DNA from: the human T2T-CHM13v2.0 reference genome, Homo sapiens
NCBI RefSeq assembly: GCF_009914755.1
Contig: NC_060940.1
Strand: one strand, 5' to 3'
DNA length: 64,000 bases
Position 1 is the stretch's first letter. Every line of letters starts with the position of its first letter. Shown here one piece after another: positions 14,431 through 29,700 of the stretch. The notes under the pieces were generated by a model, which was not told where the DNA came from, searched no databases, and saw only the letters and a list, made by a program, of their open reading frames with translations. The position numbers and the translations under genes were made by a program.

Positions 14431-15817
14431 TACATAAGTGTAACATTTTCTCTCTCTTTGTCCTTAGATGTGCAAAGTCGAAGAAAATCATGTGGGAAAA
14501 CCCTTATAGTTGACTCTCACTAGTGTGTTTAGATAGGGGCCTGTCTTCTCACTAACGTACGGGCTCCTGCAAAGCAGGAACTTGAGCATAGTAGGCCCAG
14601 AAGGAATAGTGGTATAATGATAGTGTTTGTATGGATATTATTATTTTCATTCTCTTCATCACCCCCCATTACCTATACCCACATCTTTTCAAAGCTGTAG
14701 AAGCAGAACAGTCACCATCTGTGAAATGAATAAGCTCCAAGCAGAGACCTGTAATGCCAAGACAAACTTCCTAGTCTCCACTTAGAAAAACAGAAAATGG
14801 CATTGTTAATTGGGGAACGGATATCTGGAGAGTTGTGCCAATATTCTCTTATCTAACTGGCCTTTCAAAATTGAATGCATTCGCTGGAACTGCTGGATCA
14901 GATACTGTCACTCTTCACATTCTGGGGGAGATAATTTCAGGACTTTTCAGTCAGTTTCTGTTCAGCTCAGATTATATCAAATTTGAAAGAAGGTGAAACT
15001 AACCACGTTAGTGTCATTTCCACTTCATGGGAGATATGTGAACCCCATTATGACAATCTCCTTTATGTTTCATCTAGAAATTTTCATCAGACTTGGTGCA
15101 GAGTTAATCAGCTCGTAGACACAACAGTTAGTTACCGCAAGTCTCTAAGATGAAACATGCTATAAAAATGTATAATGGTAATAATTAGAATCATAATATT
15201 AATGATTGCAAAATTAACATTTTGACCTTCATCTTCTTCCACAGGTAAAAACATCAAAATCTGAGCAACATCCCTGAAGATATAGCTGAAAAAAGCTTTT
15301 CTACACCTTGTCCTTCTTAAAAGCAATTCATTTCCACATAAGAAAGTATTATTAGACTTCACAATAGTTTTGAAATATAATATTAATTTGCAAGGTTATT
15401 ATGGCCAGTAGCTCAAAATAACTCTTGAAACTTACTAATGACATCATCCTGTTTATTATTCCATGGAGCTAGGTGGCAAATGGTAGGCATTTCATTTTAG
15501 TGCTCTTGATGAATAAATGAACAAACAATTATATTTTTTGTTGAGTGTTCTTTATCTACTGGTATTTAAAAATATTTTAGTATACTTATTGTAGCAAATT
15601 TGGAATATAAATATTAAAACATGTTACCAAAGATAAATAATCATACCTAATCCCACTATGTGGAAGAAACCATTTGTGACATGACATGATGGATCATTTA
15701 CTTTTAGTATTTTTTCTGTGTGTAATAAAAGTAATAATATGCAAATGCAATGCAATTTACACATATGAGGAGTCTTTAATTTATAAACAAATTCATATAA
15801 AATTATTTACATTTAAA

Positions 15818-16125
15818 TTTTATTTTATTTTATCTATTTTTGAGACAGAGTCTTGCTCTGTTGCCCAGGCTGGAGTGCAATGGTGTGATCATTAGTCACT
15901 GCAGCCTCCGACTCCTGGGCTTAAGGGATTCTTTCACCTCAGCCTCCTGAGTAGCTCAGACTACAGGCACGTGCCACCATGCCTAGCTAATTAAAAAAAA
16001 GAATTTTGTAGAGACAGGGTCCCACTATCCTTCCCAAGCTGGTCTCAAACTCCTGGGCTCAAGTGACCTTCCCACCTTGGCCTCCAAAGTGCTGGGATGA
16101 CAGGTGTGAGCCACCGTGCCTGGTC
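15818..16125 (-). mobile_element. AluJ
   Basis: Diverged dimer with AluJ-type ctcctgggctcaagtga. Confidence 0.9.
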
Positions 16126-16504
16126 CATAATTTTTTAAATGTTAGGCATTTCTTAGGTAAGATGATCTTGGAAAATAAAAATAAATTAAAAAGTCAAAAA
16201 AGTAACAATAAAGGTAGCTGTGATTATATTCAGTGTGTAATTTTGTGTATTAATCCATTTTCAGTTTTTAATTGAGCTCTTTGGATCGTAAGGACTTGAA
16301 ACTAATTCACTCAAAGGAAACTAGTTCACTCAAAGGAAACAAACCAGCCCACAAAAAACAAGCAACAATGGAGAATGTGATTCTTGAATGGATTTGGAAC
16401 TGAGAGCTGTTTGGAGTTGAGGCAGCTCTGGTCAGTTTCTTTCTCTCCTTTTTGACTTTGTTTTACCTCCTTCCTTCCAGGAGTCTTTTCTTTTCTCTTT
16501 TCTT

Positions 16505-16656
16505 CTTCAGGCAAAGTTTCTGTCTGTCTCCAGGCTGGAGTGAAGTGGTGCAATCACAGCTCACTGCAGCCTCGACCTCCTGGGCTCAAATGATCCTCCT
16601 GCCTCAGCCTCCTGAATATCTGGGACTATAGGCATGCAGCACCACCCTCAGCTAAT
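16505..16656 (-). mobile_element. Alu right-arm fragment (FRAM/AluJ)
   Basis: ccaggctggagtg...gcctcagcctcctga. Confidence 0.8.
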
Positions 16657-16992
16657 GAATCTTTTGTCTTCACCTTAACACTTGGCTCATACTTGCTAGA
16701 ATATCTAGAAAAAGCTCCATAAAAAGCAAGTCTGATTGGCGTGATTATTTACCATTTCCCTTATTCAGTAAGAGAGAGACCACTTGTGCTTTACTGCTTC
16801 ACCCACTTGATGGTCATGGCCCCTCTTGGGTCAGTGTCCCTCTCTAGTTAAATCAGTGGCTGCACAGGTACAACGACCTGATATGGCTTCACTAAGTGGG
16901 TATTTTTGGTTAAGGCACTTACTACTAAAAGCACAAGCTGAAGGGACTTGTCCAGTATATGCCATATATTGTTATCACAAACTCTTTATTAA

Positions 16993-17370
16993 CATTCATT
17001 AATTTAGCAGACATTTATTGAGTGTCCACTATACACCAACACTGCTCTTGGTGTTGAGGATACAGCAATAAAAAAGCAGACAAAAAATCCCTCTTTTCAT
17101 GGGACTGATATTCTACTGGGCAGAGGCAAACAGTAAACAGAATAAATAAATACATTACATAGAATGTTCGATGGTAGTGAGTGCTAAGGAGGAAAATAAA
17201 ATAGAGAAAGACATTCTGAAGAAAAAAGTGAGGAGAGAGAGTACCTATGGTGAGGGATGTGGGCTGAATGGGAAAACTTGTTGCGCTTTTAGGTTGGCCA
17301 GGGAAATGCTCTATGAGATGAAATTTGATTTAGAACTTGAAGAGGGTAAAGGAGTAAGCCACACAGTTTA
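16993..17370 (-). mobile_element. L2 3' end
   Basis: cattcatt...catttattgagtg...gatacagcaat L2 terminus. Confidence 0.8.
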
Positions 17371-17416
17371 AATTATATAATTTACATTGCTTTTGTTAAA
17401 TAATCATTGTAGCAAT

Positions 17417-18146
17417 TGTAACTGCCTGATGGGTTCTTCCTGCCCTCTGCACAAATAAAGACCAGAGCATAGCAGTGAAGAAAGAGTTAACTGCATGGGA
17501 GGCTGGCCACACCACGCAGGAGATAGAATTGTTACTCAAATCAATCTCCCTGAAGGCTTGGAGGTTAGAGGTTTTTTTTGTTCTTTTGTTTGTTTGTTTT
17601 TTTCTGTTTTTTTTTTTTTTTAAGATAATTTGGTAGGCTGGGGGCTAGGGTAGGCAGCATGCTAATTGGTAGGGTCAAAGATGAAATCATAGGGAATCAA
17701 AACTGTCCTCTTGTGCTGAGTCGGTTCCTGGGTGGGGGCCACAGAACTGGTTGTGGGTCCAGGTGGGGCTATCCAGTTGTCAGAAATGCAAAAACCTGAA
17801 AGGATATCTGGAAAGGCCAATCGTAGTTTTTACAATAGTGATGTTATCTCCAAGAGTAATTGGGAAAGTTGCAAATCTTATGACCTCTGGAATAACGAGT
17901 GGTAATTATTTAGAATTCAGACCCCTCTCATCCTTTTAACTTGGCGGCCTTTCATTAGTTTTACAAGGGCAGTTTAGTTTTGGGGAAGGGCTATTGTCAT
18001 TTAAATTATAAACTAAATTTCTCCCAAAGCTGGCTTGGCCCATGCCTAGGAATGGGCAAAGACAGCCAGCCTGTAAGGCTAGAAGCAAGATGGAGTCAGT
18101 CATGTCAGATATCTCTTACTGTTGTAATTTTGCAAAGGTGGTTTCA
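17417..18146 (-). mobile_element. LTR8-family (ERV1) solo LTR
   Basis: Minus strand starts tgaaaccacctttgcaaaatt; TG...CA ends; 4-bp TSD caat (17413-17416, 18147-18150). Confidence 0.88.
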
Positions 18147-18154
18147 CAATTATT

Positions 18155-18365
18155 AAAATTGTGTGCCAGGGACAATTCTAAGCATTTTGTCCCTATTTCT
18201 CAATACTTAGACCATCTACTTGAGTTAGTTACTGTTATTCTTCCCATTTCACAGATGAGAAACTGAAGCACAAAGTGATTTGGCAGCTTGCTGATGGGTT
18301 GTAAATTAGTAAACAGAAGAGCTTGGATTCAACAGTCAGACTCTGGAGCCCTGCTCTCAAATGAT
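18155..18365 (-). mobile_element. MIR
   Basis: cccatttcacagatgagaaactgaagc core. Confidence 0.8.
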
Positions 18366-21300
18366 ACTGCTGCTTTTTGAATGACACACTAATTTTAAAA
18401 AGTCAAACCCACAACTCTACAAAGAGGAAAGATAACTGCAACACAAATTCCCTATTCAGAGAAGCAAATAATAATGCATTTTGATTAATATTCTGCCTAG
18501 ATGCTTCTCTATGTCCCTTGGGGCACATCAGTGATTATGCACATTTCCCTTAAGTAAAACAGGGCTATATATTATATATACGCTATGCTGTGAACTGCCT
18601 TTCCACTAAAAAAATATGTCATGGACATATTCCCAAGTCAATAAATATAGATCTATGCCATTATTTTTATTGGATTTCTAATATTTCATCTTATTCCATT
18701 GCTTATTCTATTTCATCATCTTCCATTGCTATGTAGTTAGGCAGCTTTTCAATGGTTGAACATTTTAAGTCTTTCACAATATTTAGTTATGGAAATCAGT
18801 CTGTGCTCATATCTACCTTCTCGCTCCCTCTTGCCGCTCCTAACAGCTGGTGTGGATTACTAGAAGATCAAAACCGCCCTTCAGCAGTTAGTACCCATTG
18901 TAAAGATGACTAGAACGAAAAGACACAGCTATCATAGGCTCCTACAGGATGGAAGATACTTATGACTTTCATAACCAGTGGTTCAGGGATATGTTCACTC
19001 AGGGTATAGAAGTAGACATTTCCTTAATGTTCCATTTGTAGAATATTAATCCTAGTTATGGGGTTTGGGTAAGTCAATTTGTGGTAAGATATTTAAACAG
19101 GATCAAGCATCACCTCCTCTGGGAAGCATTCCAGGCTCTTCTTGTTAGGGTAGATGTCTTGTCTCTGTGCTCCTGTGGTGCTCTATCCCTATTCCCACAT
19201 TTACAATACTTTATTTTGGTGATTGGTTCACTTGCCTGTTTTTTTCCAGTAAATGATAAGATCTTTACATAAATAGAATGCTTTCTTAATTTCTGTGTCT
19301 CCAACACAAAATTCACTATCACTGGCATCTAATGTACAGCTTTAAAATGTTTTTGAAGAAGAGAAAGGAATACATTAAGGGGATAAAGAGAAGTTTAGTG
19401 ACCAAAGAAGGGCAATGGATAGAAGTTGAAGGATGGAGGAAGGAATAAAAATCAAGGAGAAGAAAGAAGAAAAGCTGCAAGGTAAGACAAGTGAACAAAA
19501 ATATTGATACTGTCAAATAAACAATATTGCTTCTGATAATGAGCAATAGTAAATACTAATATAATTTGAGAAGAATAAAATATTTATGCTGGGCATAATA
19601 AATTCATTTATTCAATGACAATATCTGGAAAAGATCTACTCTGTATATTTTACTAGATTCTATAGAAGAGCTATTGTCTCTGGCTTGAAATGCTTTATAG
19701 TCAATTTTGAATTACTGTGGTTATATTGGATTCATTTAAAGTATTTTATTGAGGGTCTACTCTGTGCATGGCACTCTATCAGGTAATGGACATTCAAGCT
19801 CTGCTCTCATGAAATATGTGTGGAATAGGACATTCAGAGGGTAGTGTGATAAGCACAATTATGGAAACATGTTTATTGTGCAAACCTGTATACTTTGCAA
19901 GAATCTCAGAGAAGAGAAGAGACTTCTAAAGGAGGTGGCACCTTGGCAGGGTGATGATAGGAGAGTATGGAGAGAGAAAAGCAGATGAGCCTGAATTGGT
20001 AAGCATATGCCAGATCATAGAAAGCTTCGTGTACCAAGCGTGAGCAAGAAAAATTTGACAGAGCAGCTACTTCTTCTTTACGCCAAATGGCTATAGTCTT
20101 TGCGGCAAGAGAATCTTAAAGTAAAAAGAACAGAAATGCCCAACCCTTGCATCTTTGGGCTTCTTTGAATAAGGTTTACAAATTTTAACGGTCTTTCTGA
20201 AATCAAGACTGGTTGAGACAAGCTGGACCTTAGGGGAAAATTTAATGAAATCACTAACTTTTAGGGCTGAAGGAGTCTGTAGGAGGCCCACTCCAACTCC
20301 CTTACAAGACTCTTTCCTAGAAAAGACCAGAGAATGGCCTCTTCTTGCACAGGTAGCTCAGCTGCTCCTGAGAGTACATCTCAATACAAGATATTTTTAG
20401 AATTTAGAAAGGTCTATAGGTTGAGCCAAAATCTTGTTCCATCTGATGTCATACTCACTGGCCTTAGTTATTTCTTCTTGAATGCCACAGATTTTAACAT
20501 ATTTTATTTTCTCGGATAGATATCACTACATCCTTTAGTCATTATGGCATTCTATGATTTTACTTCCTCCTTCTACCACCTTTCTATGATCTTATTTATT
20601 ACCTTTCTCCAATTGTGTCCTCTTTTGGTGATACGCCTTTTAAATTGTGCAATCCAGAAATGAAGTCCAAGATGAAAATTCTCACTATTGTTGGTGTAAA
20701 AATGATATACTCATCTACAACCTTCTGGAATTAAGGAAGAAAAACAAAACGCCACTACATTTGCATGTTGAATATAGATCTAAGGAGAGAGGAACTTTTC
20801 AGAGGCGATCTGTGCAATATTAGCATTTATTCAATTCTGACCTTTGAGTTATGGGCAATGAGAGGCAGCTTTTATGTTTCCCTTCCCTAATGCTGATTTT
20901 CCAGGCATGAAGATGCCAGCAGGGGCCGGTAAATAACCCAGCCAAGCTTTTCTGCCATTCCCTTCACTCTCCCTGACATCTCGTGAAACACTCTCTCGTT
21001 TGATCAATACTTTCTCACCAAGTAAGGGAGAAGCCTACAGAGCCTGCCTCAGCAAGACTTCCCAGAGCCTCCAAATGAATATTGAGTGGCTCCCTACAAG
21101 CTCACAAATCTGGTGAGATGTAACATGAGTCAAAAAGTTCTGAGATGCTTAATGGCAAAAGAAAAAAGAAGGATCTTAACAAGAGTTTGGGGCAGCTTTC
21201 CTTCGGGGCCACATTTTAAAATTGCATCCTGGTGGGACAAACTCATAACAAACAGGAAGGATAGTGTTTCTGGAAGAACCATGTTCAAGTCCCTGAGTTA

Positions 21301-22198
21301 GTGTGGAGGTAGGGGAGTTGGAGAAACAGAAGGCTGGTGACTTGAATAGAGAGGGCAGGGAGCAGAGTGGCAAGAGGAGAGCAAGAAGGGGAACCTTCTG
21401 ATAGTTACATAAGCATCAACATGGATATTCATTCATTTTTGATACAAACAGCGGGTACAGTGTCTTTTGGGGGACACACAGAGATTGCAAAGATAGTTTT
21501 GTCTTTTCCTCTCTGTAGTCCACGGAGTTTAGCTAGGGATAGGAGGCCCCCAAACCATCACAGTGGCTGCCAACTTAGAAAAATTAATTTTTCTTGCAAG
21601 TCAGATTGCCACTTTTCCATCCCCTGGCTGCAGCAGGAACCACGGGAGCCATCCTGTGAATCATCTCCAAATAAAACTGTGAAAGACAGCAGGACATGGA
21701 CTTTACACCATGTTAGAGTCAGGTGCCAAGTGGTTTCCTCTGGGAATCACACCACTATGTTGCCTGCTAGGTTTGCATCAAGAAGGCTGGGTATTAAGTG
21801 CAGAGGGAGAGGACACGGAAGTCGTGAAAATGAACATTGCGGAATTATGATCTCACTTCAACTAAATTCCCTTGGACTCAGTATGTGTAAGAAACTGAAT
21901 TTTAGGCCATTTATGTCTTCAGTTTGGCCACCACTATCCCCAGGGCCTTTCATATGAAAAATGTATTTGGATTGATCTGTGTTTATCTTCTTGATCTTAT
22001 TTCTATTTCCTTTACCTTGTCTTAATTACTGTCAAGTATAGAGGTTTCTATTTCTTCTTTTATTTCACACTTAAGCCCTGAGCCAGATTTACTCTCGTTA
22101 TAGTGATTAATGATAATTATTTTTAGTTTTTATTTTTTGAATTTCATGTATAGATTGTCGTTTTAATCCTTAAAAATCTTTGCAAGGTAAGTGCCTTA

Positions 22199-22870
<672 letters not shown>

Positions 22871-22958
22871 GTTAAAAACCAGGTGTGAATTTCAGTTGCA
22901 GAACTTACTAGCTTTGCATACTTGGGCAAGTTCATTAACATTATTAAATTCATATGTT

Positions 22959-23053
22959 GGCTGGGCACTTTGGGAGGCTGAAGTAAAAGGATCGCTAGAA
23001 CCCAGGAGTTTGAGACCAGCCTGGGCAATATAATGAGACCCCATCTCTACCAA

Positions 23054-23091
<38 letters not shown>

Positions 23092-23277
23092 TAATTAGCA
23101 AGATGTGATGGTGCATGTCTGCGGTCCAAGCTACTTGGGAGGCAGAGGTGGGAGGATCACTTGAACCCAGGAGGTCAAGGCTGTGGTGAGCCGTGATCAC
23201 ACCACTGCACTACAGCTGGGGTGACAGAGTGAGACCCTGTCTCAAAAATAACTAACTAACTAAATAAATAAATAAAT
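22959..23277 (+). mobile_element. AluJ with (AAT)n-expanded linker and short 5' internal deletion
   Basis: ggctgggca|ctttgggagg junction; (AAT)n at about 23053-23095. Confidence 0.9.
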
Positions 23278-23399
23278 CTATATCTTTCGTATTCTTTCTA
23301 CCAGGCAATCTACCAAAGCATTATTGTGATGATTAAAGGAGACTATCTTTGGTGGGTATGTTGTATTTTGCATCATACCTGGCCTAAATGAGCATTGTA

Positions 23400-23900
23400 T
23401 GAGATGAAGTCAGGAAGGAAAATGTTGTGCATGGTTTTATAAATCTGAGTAAAGTTTTGGATTTTATTTTAAACATACTAGGCAAGCACTGGAGGGTTTT
23501 AAGGTGAGAAGTACTGTGAAATGTTTTCAATTTTAAAATGTTCTCTTGGGATACTTTAATGGAGAGGTTGTTATTGGGAGGTGAAATGGAACAGCCAGAA
23601 GGCTATTTCAGACATCAGTCGAAAAGTGTGGTGCCCAGGACTACAGAAGACATAGAGGCTGTGAGAAGTGTTCCGATTTAGAATGTATTTTTGAAGCAAC
23701 ATTGAACACATTTGCTCATAGATTGGGTGTGGGAAGTGAAGAAAGGTTAGAAGCTGGTGCTAACTCCTGGAGGATGATGGCGCCATTTACTGGGAAAGAC
23801 AAGAAGGGAGAGGCTGAGGGGGTGACATCAGGACATCTGATGAGGCATTTTAAGTTTGAGGTACTTTGCTTGATATGAGATGCTACCTGATTAATAAATA
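23400..23900 (-). mobile_element. L2 fragment
   Basis: ttttggattttatttt...cactggagggttttaag and gccatttactggg L2 motifs. Confidence 0.7.
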
Positions 23901-24586
23901 AGTGTTTGATATGCTCCATCGGATTTATTTATGTCACAATCACCACTCCCTCATACCCCTCAGAAAGTTGAGGAGCTTTACATTGATATTAACATTGACA
24001 GTGCTTCAGCTGAACTAGTAATAAGAGATCAATGTCCATGGAAGGAGGAAGACAGCAAGCACTCTAACAATAAAGTTAATAGAGCTGTGATAAAATATGG
24101 GTTTACATTTCAGCTATTCATAAAGAAATATGTGATCATTCACAACATCCAAGCATCTGAAAGTCAGATGCCTAGAAACCATTTGCATAAGGAAGAGTAT
24201 GATTTTTCCTCTCAAGAAACTGAAATAAGTAGCATAATTAACAATGTTTGTACCAAGCAAATCACAAGCAAATGTCACATGGCCATGAATTTTAACCATC
24301 TTATCTTAAATGAGGATAATCACATTGAAGCACAGCCTCTCAATGTACATGAGAGGGATCACAGTGGTGTTTTTACCATCTTTAAGTCATTGGTAGTTAG
24401 CATGGCTCTGGCAAAGAGCTTGTGCTTTAAAAAATTGCATATAGAATGGAAGAGGGAGGAGAAGAGGAAAGAGGTAGTGGCAGGAGCTAAGCCATAATCT
24501 ATGCTCCTCTCCCCATGATACCCATCTTGAGGGTACAATAAAGTCTATCAAAACTCTCCAAAAAAGTGGCATCATAAGAATTCACA

Positions 24587-25460
<874 letters not shown>

Positions 25461-25461
25461 C

Positions 25462-25841
25462 TGATATGGTTAGGCTTTATCTCCCCACCCAAATCTAATC
25501 TTGAATTGTAATTCCCAAAATCCCCATGTGTCGAGGGAGAGACCAGGCGGAGGTAATTGAACCATGGGGGCGGTTTCTCCCATACTGTTCTCGTGATAGC
25601 GAGTGAAGTATCACGAGATCTGATGGTTTTATAAGGGGCTGTTCCCCGCTTTGCTCGGCGCTTCTCCTTCCTGCCACCTTGTGACGAAGATGCTTTGCTT
25701 CCTCTTCACCTTCCATCACGATTGTAAGTTTCCTGAGGCCTCCCCAGCCATGCTGAACTGTGAGTCAATTAAACCTCTTTCCTTTATGAATTACCCATTC
25801 TCAGGAAGTTCTTTATAGCAGTATGAAAACAGACTAATACA
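25462..25841 (+). mobile_element. THE1C/D-like solo LTR
   Basis: tgatatggtt...ccccacccaaatct...gagtcaattaaacctctttcc...gactaataca. Confidence 0.9.
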
Positions 25842-25872
25842 CACATATACTGAAACATAGGAAATTCCGCAG

Positions 25873-26268
25873 TGTTATGGGTTGAATTGTATTCCCCCAA
25901 ATTTGTATGTTGGAGTCCTATAATGCCCAGTGCTACGGAATGTGACCTTATTTGGAGATAGGGTATTTACAGAGCTAATCAAGTTAGAATGAGGTCATTA
26001 TAGTGGACCCTAATCCAATATGGCTGACAGGTGTATTAAAAGAGAACAGAGACACACATAGAGGGAAGATGATTTGAGGAAACATACGGAGAAGACAGCT
26101 ATTCACAAGCCAAGGAGAGAGACTTGAAAAAGATCCTTCCTTCTGAGTCCTCAGAAAGAATCAACACTGCTGACACCTGATTTCAAACTTCTAGCCTCCA
26201 GAGCTGTGAGCTGTTTAAGCTCTCTATTCTGGGGTGCTTTTTTATGGCAGCCCTAGCAAACTAATACA
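25873..26268 (+). mobile_element. MLT1B-like solo LTR
   Basis: tgttatgggttgaattgt...gaatgtgaccttatttggagatagg...ctaataca; TSD c(g/t)cag. Confidence 0.85.
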
Positions 26269-26361
26269 CTCAGGCCATGGAATCCAGGTTTCAACAATTG
26301 TATTTAGATCTCAAGAGCCAGATAGTTTTCTGAGTGGCATTTAGCTATGTATAGCCTAGCA

Positions 26362-26542
26362 CAGTGCTTCTCAAACCCTGTGAGAGTCACCTGCAGAGCT
26401 CATTAAACCAGAGAATCCCAGGTCCCTGCCACTGGAGATTCCAATTCAGCAGCTATTGGTGGTGCCCCAAAATTAGCATTCCTAGGGAGTCTCAGGTGCC
26501 GCTGACACTGCCAAAGTGCAGACTGCACTTTGAGGAGCACTG
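26362..26542. mobile_element. MER5A (hAT-Charlie MITE)
   Basis: TIRs cagtgcttctcaaa / tttgaggagcactg. Confidence 0.8.
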
Positions 26543-26591
26543 TTTTAGCACGATACCAGGACCTAATAGATGCTCAATAAAAATCAAACAT

Positions 26592-26710
26592 GATGATGGA
26601 TATTCCAATTACCCTGAATTGATCATACACATTGTATGTTTCTATCAAAATATCTCATGTACCACATAAATATGTACAACTATCATGTATCTATAAAAAT
26701 TAAAAAAAAA
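26592..26710 (+). mobile_element. L1MA-type 3' terminus (heavily 5'-truncated)
   Basis: gatggatattccaattaccctga...aaatatgtacaac plus A tail. Confidence 0.75.
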
Positions 26711-29700
26711 CCATGAGTTAATTTAGGAACTCTGCTTAAGCTGTGAATTAAATAGACAAGTGATCGCTCTTGTCATTCAATGATTCTTAATGGAGGGTAT
26801 GCATAAGATTTACAGAATTTAAATTGTGGAGAAGTGTGTTTAGAATATGTGTATTTTGATTTAGACTATGTCAAAGACAGCAGCTCCAAGCAAGGCATCA
26901 TTTGAAGCAGAGTGCTTTAACAAACTTATTCTGATGTTGAGGAGGAAAGTGTTTTGAAGGATAGGAGTAATTGCTGCAGCCAGAAGTCTATGGTTGCAAG
27001 TGATTGGAAATGGTGGCTGGGTCAGAGAATGCTAATCAGCCATGAAGTGGGCTTGCCATGACTCTGACACTGTATCTCCTGGTGCACTCTGCGGTAGGTG
27101 CATCTTTGCTGAGTAAATACAAAGTGAACTTGACGGGAAAGGAGACCTTAGCAGTCCTACAAAGGCAATTTTGCAAGCTGTCTGGCTGTGGAATTAGTGG
27201 AATGTTTTCTCAGGAAGAAACAGCTGACGTCAACTTTGCTCCCTTTGTAATTCAAGGGCAGTGTTAGCCATGCCTCTGGCCTGCACAGACACCCACAGAG
27301 GGAAGAACAGCTTCCAGAGGGAAAGGTTAAAGAACAGGTCAGCTGGGCATCCACGCTCCCTTTTCCTCCCTCCCCGTTTGTCATCTTTCTGGCAAGGTGA
27401 ATTCAATGCTCAGTAATTCCTTCTGACTTTCTAAGAGCTGTGGGACACACAAGTGTGAGAGAAGTCATTGCGGCACTAACAGGATTAGCTCAGCTTCATA
27501 GCCTAATTACTCTGGCCAAAGAAAATAAAGAGGAGGGCAATGGCAGGAGGCAAGAGATGTAAGAATGAATGGGAAAGTTTCTTTGAATACCAAAGGGTGT
27601 GTGTGTGTATGTGTGTGTTTTGTTCGACTCACAGAGGCTGACCTCTTTTCCATTTAAGAATCTGTGAAGTATGAATGGAACGCATATTTTATCTCTGTAA
27701 GATCTGGAACATAAGGTGCTAAAAAGGCTTTGTTGAATTATTAAATCAAGACCATTCTGATATTACCTTAATAATAGAAGCAGCAATTAATTAAGAGAAG
27801 CAGACTAGTGTATCAGAATGAAGACTGGACTTGGGGACAGACACCAGGCTCTATTTCTATTTCTAGCATCATTTGCCAGAGGGACTTGAGGACATTACTT
27901 GATCTCTAGGGAAACATTTCTATCTGGGTAAAACACACAAAAAGATTGGACTAGTTGTTCTCTCTGATAATTCTATGTCTACATAAATATTTACAGCACG
28001 ATGATGTTCTTTTGGGGACATGCCAATGAGTAGCATATAGTAAGTTAACTTTTGACTGTGTGTCTTCTATATCAATCAATAAGTTATACTCCTAAGGCTA
28101 GGGTTTGTCTGTGTTTTGATATGCAATTTTAAGCAACATAAATGTCTTCTATGAGTGCTTCAGATAATGAACCAAAATAGCATAATAATTAAATCATATG
28201 AATTATGGAATTCAGATATAACTGGTGATTGACTTTTTGTCACATACTATCTGAGTGACATTAGGCAAGTTGCTTAACGTCTCTGATTTTCAGCTTTCTT
28301 GTCTAAAAAATGGAGAAACTGATAATACATGACTGTAACTTTAGACATCATAGTTCTTCATATTCCTTGAAGAAGGTGATGGGAGGATAAAGTCTTTAGG
28401 TGGACAGATTAGGAAAGTCCTGTGCTGTCTACTTAAAGACTTTTTGTCATTCACTTAACAGGTACATTTTGCTCATTCACTTAACAGACATGAATGGGTT
28501 AAGTGACATGTGATAAGTGTATCTTTGACACAAAGATAAATAAGACATAGCCCCTTGCATTCAAGGAGCTTATGGTCTCATAGACGCAGATAAGTTTTCA
28601 AAGCTATATTCTCTGGAAATCAAGAGGACAGATTGCTGAGTCCCTCATGGATGAATAAAATGGCCTACTTTCTCCACATTTTAATATCATCACATGCAGA
28701 GGTAGGGGTGATACTGCCTACTTTGTGGACTGGACACACAGTGAAAGCCACAAGTAATTTCATGTCATGCAGCTGTTTTGCCTTTCTCTTTCCTTCCTCT
28801 GATTCACAGATTTTGTCTCCTGATTTCACCACAGGCTTTGAGAAGTAGTATGAAGAAAGACTGAACTTAGCAAAATGAAGACAGGTGGATTGCATGTCTG
28901 GGAAGGGAGTAATACCACAAACTTTTTGACTAGGTGATGAGCAAATGATGTGGGAGGAAAGGATACTACCTAACTAAGATGGGTAAAGTCTAGCTTTTCT
29001 AGAGGTATACATGATACTTATGGATGTGACACGGATGGGTGGAACAGGCTGCCTGTTAATACTATTGAACTTATCCAGGTTACACATTAAAGAAATAGAA
29101 AAGTAGAAAGCATAGATTTTGAGCATGAGGAGAAATTAAGATTTTCATGTTAAATCAAAGAGATTGACCTGTGACTCATTGGCAGAAATGACAGAAGTTC
29201 ACTTCTGATAATTTTGTGTTAGATTCTCATGAACAATTGTTCATTTAATCAAAATTTTATTTGATGTCCTTTCTGTGTTAGGTACAATCTGAGTCATGGA
29301 TAAGAAGTAGAAAGAAATATATTAAAATGTGTTTGGTAACACATGGTTGTAAGACATGACAATAAGCAACACGATTCAATACTAATTACTAGAGTGGGGG
29401 CATATGCAGGTATTGCAGTAAGTAGACATAATGCATGAATTGAGGTATTAAAGACCCAGTTTCTCAGAAGATGTAACGTTTGAATGAAGACATCTGTCTC
29501 TAAATGGATTATCAGTTATTCTCATCTCCTTATCTTAAAGGTAAGATAAGGTGTGATTTCCTTTAATCAAATACAATTGATCAAATAATCCACATGTTCA
29601 AAAACTTGATCATATATATAGATGGATATTAATATGAGTCAAGCTTCAATCATTAGAAATCCATTCCTCTCTCTCTATGTGTATATGTGTCTATTTCTAC

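Noticed and set aside
21367-21957. 196-aa ORF
   Set aside because: GTG start, no recognisable domain or exon structure; consistent with chance in a locally GC-richer stretch.
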